Position numbers and translations under genes: made by a program
Notes under the pieces: generated by a model
Told to the model about the DNA's origin: nothing
Seen by the model: the letters and a program-made list of their open reading frames with translations, nothing else
The model's database searches: none
NCBI GenBank assembly: GCA_041665625.1
Contig: JBAYIK010000001.1
Span: 196,341-260,340, forward strand
From: Minisyncoccota bacterium
Lineage (GTDB): Bacteria; Patescibacteriota; Minisyncoccia; Phycocordibacterales; XYD1-FULL-46-19
Reading direction: 5' to 3'
DNA length: 64,000 bases
In this document: in pieces, positions 46,114 through 55,001 of the stretch
How the letters are laid out: every line of letters begins with the position of its first letter
Numbering within the stretch: position 1 is the stretch's first letter

Positions 46114-47364
46114 TTATTTTACGATCTCTATTAATTCCTCCAGGCTGACCATACGAACTTCACCACTCACTCGCTCTTTTAATTCAAATTGACCGCTCGC
46201 TAAAGTCTTATCTGAGACAATCACTCTATAGGGAATACCAAGCAAATCGGCATCGGCAAATTTTTCACCAGCGCTAGCTACTCTATCATCATAAAAAACC
46301 TCGACACCCTCATCATTTAGACTAGCATAAAGTTTCTCCGCTAATTCCGCCGAATTGTTTCCTTCACCAGGAATCCAAACAAGATGAACGGTAAAGGGCG
46401 CAATACTTCGAGGCCAAACAAGACCCCGGTCATCAGCAAAAGTTTCCACGACGGTCCCCATTAATCGGCCTAACCCGATACCATAGCAGCCCATGACCAC
46501 AGATCGATTTTCGCCGTTCTCGTCAGTAAAAGTAAGGCCGAGTGACTTAGAAAACTTGGTTCCTAACTTAAAGATATTGCCAACTTCAATTGCTCTCTTC
46601 TCCACCAGGTCATCCATCCCAATCCCCATCTCTGCTAAAGTCTCCTCATCAAGAACCTCTTTGTTGATTGCAAATTTTTTCTCCTCACAGACATAAATGG
46701 TATCCTCCCCCGCCTCTGATAAGGTTTGATACTCGTGACTATATTTACTAAAAGTTCCGCCTGAAGCAAAAGTTATATAAGTAATATCCCCCAAACCAAC
46801 CCGTTCAAAAATTCTTTCGTAAGCGCCCTTGGCTTTATCATAAAAATCATCTAGTTCCTCTTCGCTTTTAGAAAAAGAATAAAGATCTTTCATTAAAAAT
46901 TCACGGCCCCGCATAATCCCGCTCTTCGCTCGAAGTTCATTACGGAACTTAGTCTGGAATTGATAAGCATAGACCGGCAAATCTTTATACGAACTAATAT
47001 GATCACGCATCAAGTTGGTAATCATCTCCTCATGAGTTGTCCCAAGTCCAATCTCACCACCTGACTTTAATTCTGTTTTGAACCAATTATCAACAGCTTC
47101 ATCATCCCAACGTCCAGTCTTCTTCCATAATTCAGGATTTTGGAAAGCAGTAAGAGATAATTCATTTCCCCCAAGTTCATTCATTTCTTCACGGATAATA
47201 TTCTCAATCTTGTTTAGAACACGCAAACCAAGGGGAAGATAAGAATAGACCCCAGCTAATTCCTTATTAATAAAACCAGCACGAATCAAGAGCTTGGCGT
47301 TCTCGGCCACCTCTTCTTTCGGCGCTTCACGCCGAGTTTTAGTGAACAATTGAGATTGTCGCAT
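46114..47364 (-). CDS. proS: Proline--tRNA ligase (short form, no editing domain)
   Basis: THEE, KFRNELRAKSGIMRGREF.MKD.YSF, EVGNIF.LG, MGCYGIG. Confidence 0.95.
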   Translation of the reverse strand: MRQSQLFTKTRREAPKEEVAENAKLLIRAGFINKELAGVYSYLPLGLRVLNKIENIIREEMNELGGNELSLTAFQNPELWKKTGRWDDEAVDNWFKTELKSGGEIGLGTTHEEMITNLMRDHISSYKDLPVYAYQFQTKFRNELRAKSGIMRGREFLMKDLYSFSKSEEELDDFYDKAKGAYERIFERVGLGDITYITFASGGTFSKYSHEYQTLSEAGEDTIYVCEEKKFAINKEVLDEETLAEMGIGMDDLVEKRAIEVGNIFKLGTKFSKSLGLTFTDENGENRSVVMGCYGIGLGRLMGTVVETFADDRGLVWPRSIAPFTVHLVWIPGEGNNSAELAEKLYASLNDEGVEVFYDDRVASAGEKFADADLLGIPYRVIVSDKTLASGQFELKERVSGEVRMVSLEELIEIVK

Positions 47365-47397
47365 ATGCCCCCATCTTAACCCAAAAGCCTAAGTGGG

Positions 47398-48507
47398 TCA
47401 AAGAAGCTTGAAAATGTCACTAATAGCAATAACCGCCATCAGGAGGAGGAGGAGACCAAAGCCAATCATGTTGAGAGTATTGGCAATAACTGGCTTAATA
47501 GGGCGACGAATTACCGCTTCGATAGCAACAAAGAGGAGGCGTCCGCCGTCTAAGGCCGGGAAGGGTAAAAGGTTAATGATTGCTAAGTTAACCGAGATAA
47601 TGACCATAAAATTAAGGATATAGACCAAGCCCATCTTGGTGGCATCATTCATTAGGCCATAGATACCGATTGGCCCAGAAACAGCGGCCAAGGCTCCTTG
47701 CCCCTCCGTCGCAATCATTGAGAAGAAATCTCCGAAAGATAGAAAAGTGTTAACAATAAGATGATATGAAAAATAAAGTCCATAACAAGGCGCCTTCCAC
47801 CAAGCCGCCGAGACCAAACCAATTTTCTGCATAGCGATACCGATCATGGCATCGCTACTAGAACTATTCGTTTTAGGAATAACCGTCAGCACCGAACTCG
47901 TAGCCAAAAGGCCCTTGCGTGAATATTCTACTTTTACTTCTTGATTTGGAAACTTCTTCACAAAAGTGCGGACGGAGTCGGCCGACAAATTCACCACCTT
48001 TTCTTGGCCTGACGAAAGTGAAATTAATTGATCACCAGCCTTGATACCACCCAAGGCCGCCGGCGAGTCTTTAAGGACATTAACCACGGCCAACATCTCA
48101 CGATGAACGGTCATCCCAGCCGGGACTCCCCCGTCCGTCGCCACGGGCATTCCAATCATTAAATTTATAGAGATAAGAATCCAAGCAAAAATTAAATTAA
48201 AAGTAACACCGGCAGCGAGGACCAGAGCTTGGATCCACTTGGGTTTATGGACAAAAGAGCGAGCACTATCAGGGCCACTGGTATTTTCTTCATTAGGATC
48301 TTCACCAAAAATTTTAACAAAACCACCAAAGGGCAAGGCGTTGATCGAATAGGTGGTCTCCCCTTTTTTCACCCCAAAAACTTTTGGTGGCAGCCCTAGA
48401 CCAAATTCGTCCACCCGAATTCCAGAGAGTTTGGCAACAATAAAATGCCCCAACTCGTGAGTTAAGATAAGTAACGCGAGGACAAGGATAAAAAGTACGA
48501 TTGTCAT
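47398..48507 (-). CDS. rseP: RseP/RasP site-2 protease with PDZ domain
   Basis: HELGH, NLLPFPALDGG. Confidence 0.93.
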   Translation of the reverse strand: MTIVLFILVLALLILTHELGHFIVAKLSGIRVDEFGLGLPPKVFGVKKGETTYSINALPFGGFVKIFGEDPNEENTSGPDSARSFVHKPKWIQALVLAAGVTFNLIFAWILISINLMIGMPVATDGGVPAGMTVHREMLAVVNVLKDSPAALGGIKAGDQLISLSSGQEKVVNLSADSVRTFVKKFPNQEVKVEYSRKGLLATSSVLTVIPKTNSSSSDAMIGIAMQKIGLVSAAWWKAPCYGLYFSYHLIVNTFLSFGDFFSMIATEGQGALAAVSGPIGIYGLMNDATKMGLVYILNFMVIISVNLAIINLLPFPALDGGRLLFVAIEAVIRRPIKPVIANTLNMIGFGLLLLLMAVIAISDIFKLL

Positions 48508-48508
48508 G

Positions 48509-49057
48509 CTAGCTCATTATTTCGGTTTCCTTTCTTTTAGATAGGGCTTCGAGTTTAGCATTCGCCTCGTCAATCATTTTCTGCAAATCATCCTTAGCCT
48601 TATACTTGTCGTCTTCGCTCATTTCACCGGCTTTCTCCTGTTCTTGAATTTCCTCCCAAACTTTTTCTCGTTCCTTGCGCACCGAAATACGAGCATCTTC
48701 TAACTTATCACCTGTAAGCTTAATTAACATTTTGCGGCGCTCTTCAGTGAGCATGGGGAAGATGGCGCGCAGACCACTTGAATCCGGCGAGACAGAGAGG
48801 CCAATATTAGCGGCTTCGATGGCTGTCTGGATAGCGCCGAGCTGACTCTTGTCCCACGGGGTAATACGCACAGTTCGAGCATCTTCAATCCCAATGGCGG
48901 CCACATGTTTAAGAGGAGTTCGCGCACCATAAGATTCTACCATCACGCTGTCTAAAACAGCGGGGGTGGCCTTTCCCGTTCTAATGCTCAAATACTCACG
49001 TCCGAGCCAATCCTCAACCTCGGTTAATTTTGTTTTAAATGATAAAAAGTTATACAT
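48509..49057 (-). CDS. frr: Ribosome recycling factor
   Basis: IRTGKA.P..LD, PMLTEERRK, AR.S.R. Confidence 0.95.
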   Translation of the reverse strand: MYNFLSFKTKLTEVEDWLGREYLSIRTGKATPAVLDSVMVESYGARTPLKHVAAIGIEDARTVRITPWDKSQLGAIQTAIEAANIGLSVSPDSSGLRAIFPMLTEERRKMLIKLTGDKLEDARISVRKEREKVWEEIQEQEKAGEMSEDDKYKAKDDLQKMIDEANAKLEALSKRKETEIMS

Positions 49058-49079
49058 GGATATATTATATAGGAAGTTG

Positions 49080-49787
49080 CTAATTTGGTAAAATCAAAGC
49101 TAAGTGTTCTAAAATGAGGCGATTGGACGAACGAGGGTTCTCTAAATAGCGACGAGATTTTTCTAATTCATAGAGAATGAGCTCTTCGTCTTTAGTAATT
49201 TTCCTCATCTCTATCCCCGCTCGGAGAGTTTTCTCTAGTTCTATCACAAAATCGATTATCTCACTTTTAGATTTGTCTTTCGATTTAAGAAATTCTTTTT
49301 GTAAAAATTCAAGGCGGTCGGGAAGGTCGAGTTTAAGGAATTTGCCCACCCCCAAGGACTCTCCTTGAGCGGCCCCCAAAGGAGAGTCCTTGGGGGTACC
49401 CAGGACCATCATTCGCGAGCAGACCGTCGGAAGAAAAATCTCCGCTGAACGAGCAATGATGAAAAAATGAGTATCAGGGATAGATTCTTCAAAAGTCTTA
49501 ATCAAAGCATTTTGCGCTTCAGACGTAGCCGAATTTATTTCTAAGACAAAGAAGCGACCCGTACCCGAAAAAGATTTGCGCGATTCTTTCTCAATTAAAG
49601 TGTGACTGTCTTTAACTCCAAAGGAATCATAAGCTTGCCAGAAAAGATCAGGGTAAGCAGACAAATTCTCTATCTTTAAATTCCCTTTTAATTCTTGAGC
49701 GAGAATTCCTTGCCAATATTTCCTATCCCCAACCAATAAATAGGCGTGATACAATTTTTTAAAATCAAAAATTTCTTTATTTCCCAT
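49080..49787 (-). CDS. holB: DNA polymerase III delta-prime-like subunit
   Basis: HAYLL.G, EAQNALIK..EE, LPTV.SR. Confidence 0.75.
   Translation of the reverse strand: MGNKEIFDFKKLYHAYLLVGDRKYWQGILAQELKGNLKIENLSAYPDLFWQAYDSFGVKDSHTLIEKESRKSFSGTGRFFVLEINSATSEAQNALIKTFEESIPDTHFFIIARSAEIFLPTVCSRMMVLGTPKDSPLGAAQGESLGVGKFLKLDLPDRLEFLQKEFLKSKDKSKSEIIDFVIELEKTLRAGIEMRKITKDEELILYELEKSRRYLENPRSSNRLILEHLALILPN
49348..49397. repeat. REP-doublet (REPIN-like) palindrome inside holB, in frame
   Basis: 19-bp perfect inverted repeat ACCCCCAAGGACTCTCCTT / AAGGAGAGTCCTTGGGGGT; each arm is itself palindromic. Confidence 0.8.
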
Positions 49788-49796
49788 TACTTGTTA

Positions 49797-50810
49797 CTAT
49801 CTCTTGGAAATAATACTTCTTTTATAGACATCAATATGATCAAGGGCGATGCCAGTCCCCTTCGCCACACAATAAAGAGCATCTTCGGCCACATAAGCTT
49901 TAACCCCCGTCTTACGGAAAATGAGTTCAGATAAATTACGCAATTGTGACGATCCGCCGGTCAAAGTAATCCCCTGGTCAATGACATCAGCTGAAAGTTC
50001 AGGCGGAGTATCTTGAAAAACAATTTTAATAGCGCGGATAATTTCCTTAAGTTCATTGTCGATAGCCCGCACAATCTCATTAGTTCGTACCTCCGCCGAA
50101 CGAGGAAGCCCGGTCATAAAGTCTCGCCCCTTAATAGTATAAGAAACCTCATCCTCGATCGGAACTGCTGAACCAACCGAAATTTTTACTTCCTCAGCCG
50201 TCTTATCGCCAATAGCTAAATTGAAAGTTTTTTTAATATAATCGGCAATCGCTTGGTCAATCTTATTGCCGGCATGCTTAACCGACGTCGAAGAGACAAT
50301 ACCTCCAAGAGAAATCACCGCCACGTCAGTTGTTCCCCCTCCGATATCAACAACCATGTGACCACAGGCCTCATAAATTGGAATTCCCGCACCGATAGCG
50401 GCCAAGATTGGCTCCTTCACGACATAAGCATTCTTGGCTCCGGCCCGTACTGTAGCTTCAATTACCGCTCGGCGTTCAGTTGAAGTGACACCGGCTGGGA
50501 CAGAGACCATGACGTCAGGCTTAAACAAGTTAAAACGCCCGATCGCTTTATTAATATAGTAACGCAACATCGCCTCAGTAATGCGGTAGTCAGCAATTAC
50601 ACCATCTTTCATCGGCTTATAGACCATAATGGTGTCGGGGGCCTTACCAACCATATCTTTAGCTTCTCCCCCCACCGCCACAACCCGGTTATCCATCAAG
50701 TTAACAGCCACAACCGAGGGCTCATTCAAGACTATCCCCTGGCCCGGCACATAAACCAAAGTATTGGCCGTCCCTAAGTCTATTCCTAGTTTTGTGGTAA
50801 ACACTGACAT
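49797..50810 (-). CDS. mreB: Second MreB/Mbl paralog
   Basis: GIDLGTANT, PMKDGVIAD, DIGGGTT. Confidence 0.93.
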   Translation of the reverse strand: MSVFTTKLGIDLGTANTLVYVPGQGIVLNEPSVVAVNLMDNRVVAVGGEAKDMVGKAPDTIMVYKPMKDGVIADYRITEAMLRYYINKAIGRFNLFKPDVMVSVPAGVTSTERRAVIEATVRAGAKNAYVVKEPILAAIGAGIPIYEACGHMVVDIGGGTTDVAVISLGGIVSSTSVKHAGNKIDQAIADYIKKTFNLAIGDKTAEEVKISVGSAVPIEDEVSYTIKGRDFMTGLPRSAEVRTNEIVRAIDNELKEIIRAIKIVFQDTPPELSADVIDQGITLTGGSSQLRNLSELIFRKTGVKAYVAEDALYCVAKGTGIALDHIDVYKRSIISKR

Positions 50811-52120
50811 AATTCGTTTTTATCATCGCCGGAGACTCTTTTGACCTCTAGACCTAGGCTAACTAGGCGCTTTTCGATCTCCTCGTAACCCCGGTCGATA
50901 TATTCGACATTATGTACTACCGATTGCCCAGATGCAATAATAGCCGCTAAAACATAAGCTAAGCCCGCTCGCAGGTCTGGACTCTCAATCTCTCGGCCTG
51001 ATAGGGGTGTTGGCCCATCAATAATCGCACGGTGGGAATCAAGAACCTTCACTTTAGCCCCCATCCGATTTAGGGCATCAAAATAATTTAAGCGACCCTC
51101 AAAAATTGTTTCGAAGATATAACTCTGACCTTCAGCTTGCGTTAAAAAAATAGAAAAGGGTGCTTGCAGATCGGTGGGGAAACCAGGATACTCGTGAGTC
51201 TTCACATCAAGCGCCGTAAATTTCTCGTCACCACTATTTGTAACTTTAACCCAATCAGGACCTGTTTCGATATTAACTCCGGCCTCAGATAAATAAGCAG
51301 TGAGGGCGTCAAGATGGTCGGGGTGACAATTTTTAACAGTCAATTCCGAGGCAGCGAGAGCCCCAAGAATAATAAAACTCCCCGCCTCAATGCGGTCGGG
51401 TAAAGTGTGGTGGGTTTTCCCTTCACCAATTAGTAAATCCCCACCTTCAATTTTAATCGTCGAAGTTCCAAGACCAGTAATTTTGGCTCCACATTCATTT
51501 AGCCATTCACCCAATGAGACAATCTCTGGCTCAACGGGGCAATTCTTAAGAACCGTCACGCCACGAGCTAAAACCCCCGCCATCATAAAGGTCTCAGTAC
51601 TCGTCACTGACTGTTGCTTGAAAAAGATCTCGGCTCCAACTAATTTCCCGTCAGCCGCCTCAACCGTAAAGGTCTCTCCGTCCTCAGTAATGTTTGCTCC
51701 CATCTTGCGGAAACCTGACAGAAACATATCTATCGGCCGTTTACCAATAACACAACCACCAGGGTAAGGGAAAATTACTTTACCAAAGCGAGCCAAAAGC
51801 GGCCCAGTAATAACAATCGAAGCTCGCAGTTTCTTAGAAATATCAGCTGGCAAGCTAAACTCTTTGAGCTCTGTTGTATCTAAAGAATAAAAATTCTTTC
51901 CTGAATGTTCAACCTTAACGCCTAATCGTTCCAAGAGTTCAATAATCTTTCGAACATCTTCAATCTCCGGGATGTTTTCAACAGAAAAACCGTCTTTGAA
52001 CAAAACGCTACCGGCCAAAACCTTAAGGGCCTCGTTTTTGGCACCACCAATAGCAATTTCACCTTTCAGAGTTTTGGCACCACCTAAACCGGCGATAATG
52101 AATCTATCGTCTTTAATCAT
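50786..52120 (-). CDS. murA: UDP-GlcNAc 1-carboxyvinyltransferase
   Basis: GAKN, LRAS, PGGC.IG.RP, GFPTDLQ, DLRAG, IDRGYE. Confidence 0.96.
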   Translation of the reverse strand: MIKDDRFIIAGLGGAKTLKGEIAIGGAKNEALKVLAGSVLFKDGFSVENIPEIEDVRKIIELLERLGVKVEHSGKNFYSLDTTELKEFSLPADISKKLRASIVITGPLLARFGKVIFPYPGGCVIGKRPIDMFLSGFRKMGANITEDGETFTVEAADGKLVGAEIFFKQQSVTSTETFMMAGVLARGVTVLKNCPVEPEIVSLGEWLNECGAKITGLGTSTIKIEGGDLLIGEGKTHHTLPDRIEAGSFIILGALAASELTVKNCHPDHLDALTAYLSEAGVNIETGPDWVKVTNSGDEKFTALDVKTHEYPGFPTDLQAPFSIFLTQAEGQSYIFETIFEGRLNYFDALNRMGAKVKVLDSHRAIIDGPTPLSGREIESPDLRAGLAYVLAAIIASGQSVVHNVEYIDRGYEEIEKRLVSLGLEVKRVSGDDKNELCQCLPQN

Positions 52121-52131
52121 GATTAAGCCTA

Positions 52132-54231
52132 TTATTTCACAGAAACGTCTCTTGTCAAAATTCCGTCTTTAAAGTTAATAGGCTCAGATTGGTAAACTTT
52201 AATGTAGGATCCGTCAGGAAGTTTCTCTTCGACCGTATAATAGTAGACACCAGGTCGGACTAAGAGGTAAAAACGTCCAAACTTATCGGCCACCACCTGT
52301 TTAATTTGTTGATTAAGATTAGGAATAAAGACCCGCAAAATAGCAAAAGATAGAGGTTCACCAGTACTTTCCCTAAACACTCTCAGTGGTTTATATTTAT
52401 CTCGCCAGAAAATATTGTAGATAATAATTCCAACATAGAGAAGAGTAATGATAATATTTGGAAGTGAGAAATCAAAGACAATAGCATAAATAGAAAGGAT
52501 GAAACCAAAACCAAAGAATAATTTATACAAACGATTCAACCAGAGCTTGCGTCGGTCGTAGAAACGGAAGAAATTAGTCTTTGTCTTCGCAAATTCATTC
52601 CAGTCGAAGTCAACTGAGTCCATCGGAATATTAAGATTGACAACGTTGTTACTAGTAACAACAATCGGGGAGCCAAAATATAAATTACGATAAAGCTCAT
52701 CCCACTCTCGTCCTTCTAATTTAGAGGAAGGGAATTTATAGTGAGTCTTATTCGCCTTAAAATAATAAGTACCATCTGGCAGGAAGAAACTATAGCGCCC
52801 ATCAATATCAGTAATGGCGCTAGCCATCTCTTTCATTTTACCATCAGGGCCCGTCACTTCAGCCGTAACATAAACCGGATCGAGAGGTTGTTTTGTCTCA
52901 GAGTCATAAACTGTTCCCCAGGGTTTGTCGTGACGGCGACGACCAAGGAAATAACTAAAGACACGGATCAGAAGATTCCAGAGATCAATTAACAAAGGAA
53001 GGAAGCCAATAAATAGCCCGGCAGTTGTTAGCCAAGGAAAAGCCGTGTTAGGTATCACCAAGCGACCCTTGATATGCTGCATCGTCTGATTCTCGTAATT
53101 GATGATATAAATATCAATCGGATACAAACCCCTCTTGAGTAAAGGACTAAGCATCGCCTCATAAGTTATCCCATCAGCAGAGCGATGCATCAAAAAAGAA
53201 TAACTTTTATTTTTATCATAAGGATCTGTCAGTGTTACCCCAATGGTCTTAAGGGAAGAGACAATTGAACTAAATTTTAATCGAACAGTTACAGGTTTGG
53301 CCCCTGCCAAGCGAACAATCCCCCTCCAGTCAAAAGTTTTTACACTTTCTGCTGGTTGAATAAAGGATAATTCCCATTTTACGTTTAAAGACGAGGCGGC
53401 AGGAGGAAGAAAAGAAAAAGGACCACCATCCTCACCATAGCGGCAGCTGTCGTCATTAAGTTCTGCTCGTGGATTATAGTTTAAAGCAGCCGGGTCAGTA
53501 CAACCAGAAATTTTCCCCGGTGGCCAAGGAACGACCTCATCAGCAAGACGCCCGTCAGAAAAAGAATTATCATTATTAAGAACGAAAGCCGTATAATAAT
53601 AATGTTGCCCCTCTTGGACATTGGAATCAAGAGTTCTCTCCCCTTTTCCTTCATAAATCTTTACTAAGCCAACTGGTGAATTAACCCAGCCACGGACAAT
53701 GACAATTGACTGGAATTTTGTTAGGGGAGGATTCTCCCAGGTAAGGAGTATGGCCTTCTGGACTTCATCATATTTTGCTTTAAAGTTGTTAAGTTGATAG
53801 TGACAAGTCCCATTATCAGCCGTTGCTATCGGATTATAATTAATAGCGACCTTGTCAGTACATCCAATTGGTTGAGGTGGATGACAATTATAAGTACAAG
53901 AGTGATCGTCTTGGGTTGCCAGTGGATTATAGTTACAAGCTCGGGGGTCAATACAGCCAGGAACAGGAGGAACAACCGCCGCTGGATCAATCTCCATATA
54001 ACGATAACCAGTACTAGCATTATTAAGTCCACCAAAACCCAAGCCCGAAGCAAGTTCTCCTAAGGTGTCACTAAGACCATAATTCCCCGAAGTCGAAAAG
54101 TCTGTCCCCCCAACATTCAAACTATCTTTTTCTAACCGATAATTGGGGCTAGCTGCAACATAGGCAGAAGCCGAGCTAACAAAACCAAAAAATAAGATGG
54201 AGAAAAAAAAGATAAAAAAAAATTTTTTCAT
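52132..54231 (-). CDS. Large exported/membrane protein with three GCxDPxAxNYNPxAxxDDxxC repeats and carboxypeptidase-regulatory-like domains
   Basis: Signal peptide; Cys repeats; WGTVYDS.TKQPLDP, TD.DGRY; TM segments. Confidence 0.75.
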   Translation of the reverse strand: MKKFFFIFFFSILFFGFVSSASAYVAASPNYRLEKDSLNVGGTDFSTSGNYGLSDTLGELASGLGFGGLNNASTGYRYMEIDPAAVVPPVPGCIDPRACNYNPLATQDDHSCTYNCHPPQPIGCTDKVAINYNPIATADNGTCHYQLNNFKAKYDEVQKAILLTWENPPLTKFQSIVIVRGWVNSPVGLVKIYEGKGERTLDSNVQEGQHYYYTAFVLNNDNSFSDGRLADEVVPWPPGKISGCTDPAALNYNPRAELNDDSCRYGEDGGPFSFLPPAASSLNVKWELSFIQPAESVKTFDWRGIVRLAGAKPVTVRLKFSSIVSSLKTIGVTLTDPYDKNKSYSFLMHRSADGITYEAMLSPLLKRGLYPIDIYIINYENQTMQHIKGRLVIPNTAFPWLTTAGLFIGFLPLLIDLWNLLIRVFSYFLGRRRHDKPWGTVYDSETKQPLDPVYVTAEVTGPDGKMKEMASAITDIDGRYSFFLPDGTYYFKANKTHYKFPSSKLEGREWDELYRNLYFGSPIVVTSNNVVNLNIPMDSVDFDWNEFAKTKTNFFRFYDRRKLWLNRLYKLFFGFGFILSIYAIVFDFSLPNIIITLLYVGIIIYNIFWRDKYKPLRVFRESTGEPLSFAILRVFIPNLNQQIKQVVADKFGRFYLLVRPGVYYYTVEEKLPDGSYIKVYQSEPINFKDGILTRDVSVK

Positions 54232-54240
54232 AAATTGAAT

Positions 54241-54909
54241 TTAACGGGCAGGAGTCAAAACAAAGACATAACTACTTCCTCTTTGACCAGATGGGAAAAT
54301 GGGGGTGACTGTACCCGACCGACCGGTCGCGTCAAACTTGATATCAACAGGGTCAGCGAAGACCTGCTGTAAATCTTTTTTAAGATTCTCATCAATTTCT
54401 AATGCCCCATTGGAGGGAAGAGCCATCACGGCATAAACTTTTTTATCAGAACTAACACTCCCCCCAAAAAGAGAAACGGGACTACTACCCCCTTGGAGAG
54501 TCTTCGTAATAACTAATGAAGATGGTTCTTCTTGACCCCAAATCCCCCGCCACGTAATGACTAAATAATTCCAAAAATTCTCCAACCAAGAAACGACGGT
54601 TTTAAATAAATTAGAAACTGATTCGTAAACCGAGGCCATAAAAAGGACATTATCGGGCAAATCAATCTTAGCCACAGAGGCATAGCGTTCCTCTGGTAAA
54701 TCATAATTAGCCAGCTTCACCCCAACTTGCAAACTACCGACAAGCATCAACGCCAAAACAAAGCCCGTAAGAGGCAAGGTAATTAATTTCCATTTATTGA
54801 GAGGGCGAGTCGCCAACTTCCTATCAGGGGGAAGAGAAAGGTCCCGGTCGCCAGGCGATACAATAACAGGAGCAGATGATTCAACTTTAAAATAACCGAC
54901 TTTCATCAC
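54241..54909 (-). CDS. Hypothetical membrane protein
   Basis: 222-aa ORF with TM helix. Confidence 0.7.
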   Translation of the reverse strand: MMKVGYFKVESSAPVIVSPGDRDLSLPPDRKLATRPLNKWKLITLPLTGFVLALMLVGSLQVGVKLANYDLPEERYASVAKIDLPDNVLFMASVYESVSNLFKTVVSWLENFWNYLVITWRGIWGQEEPSSLVITKTLQGGSSPVSLFGGSVSSDKKVYAVMALPSNGALEIDENLKKDLQQVFADPVDIKFDATGRSGTVTPIFPSGQRGSSYVFVLTPAR

Positions 54910-55001
54910 CCTTATAATACAACAATCAGCCTCATTTGAGAAGAAAAATTATGGTTGTGGATAAATAAGAAAATCGCTATACTCTGACTAACTAAACTCT
55001 T

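Noticed and set aside
45040-50810. Two mreB genes as a novelty
   Set aside because: MreB paralog pairs are common, including in CPR bacteria
37835-54964. Replication origin inferred from DnaA boxes at 37835 and 54956
   Set aside because: Isolated single boxes, no cluster, no dnaA/dnaN nearby
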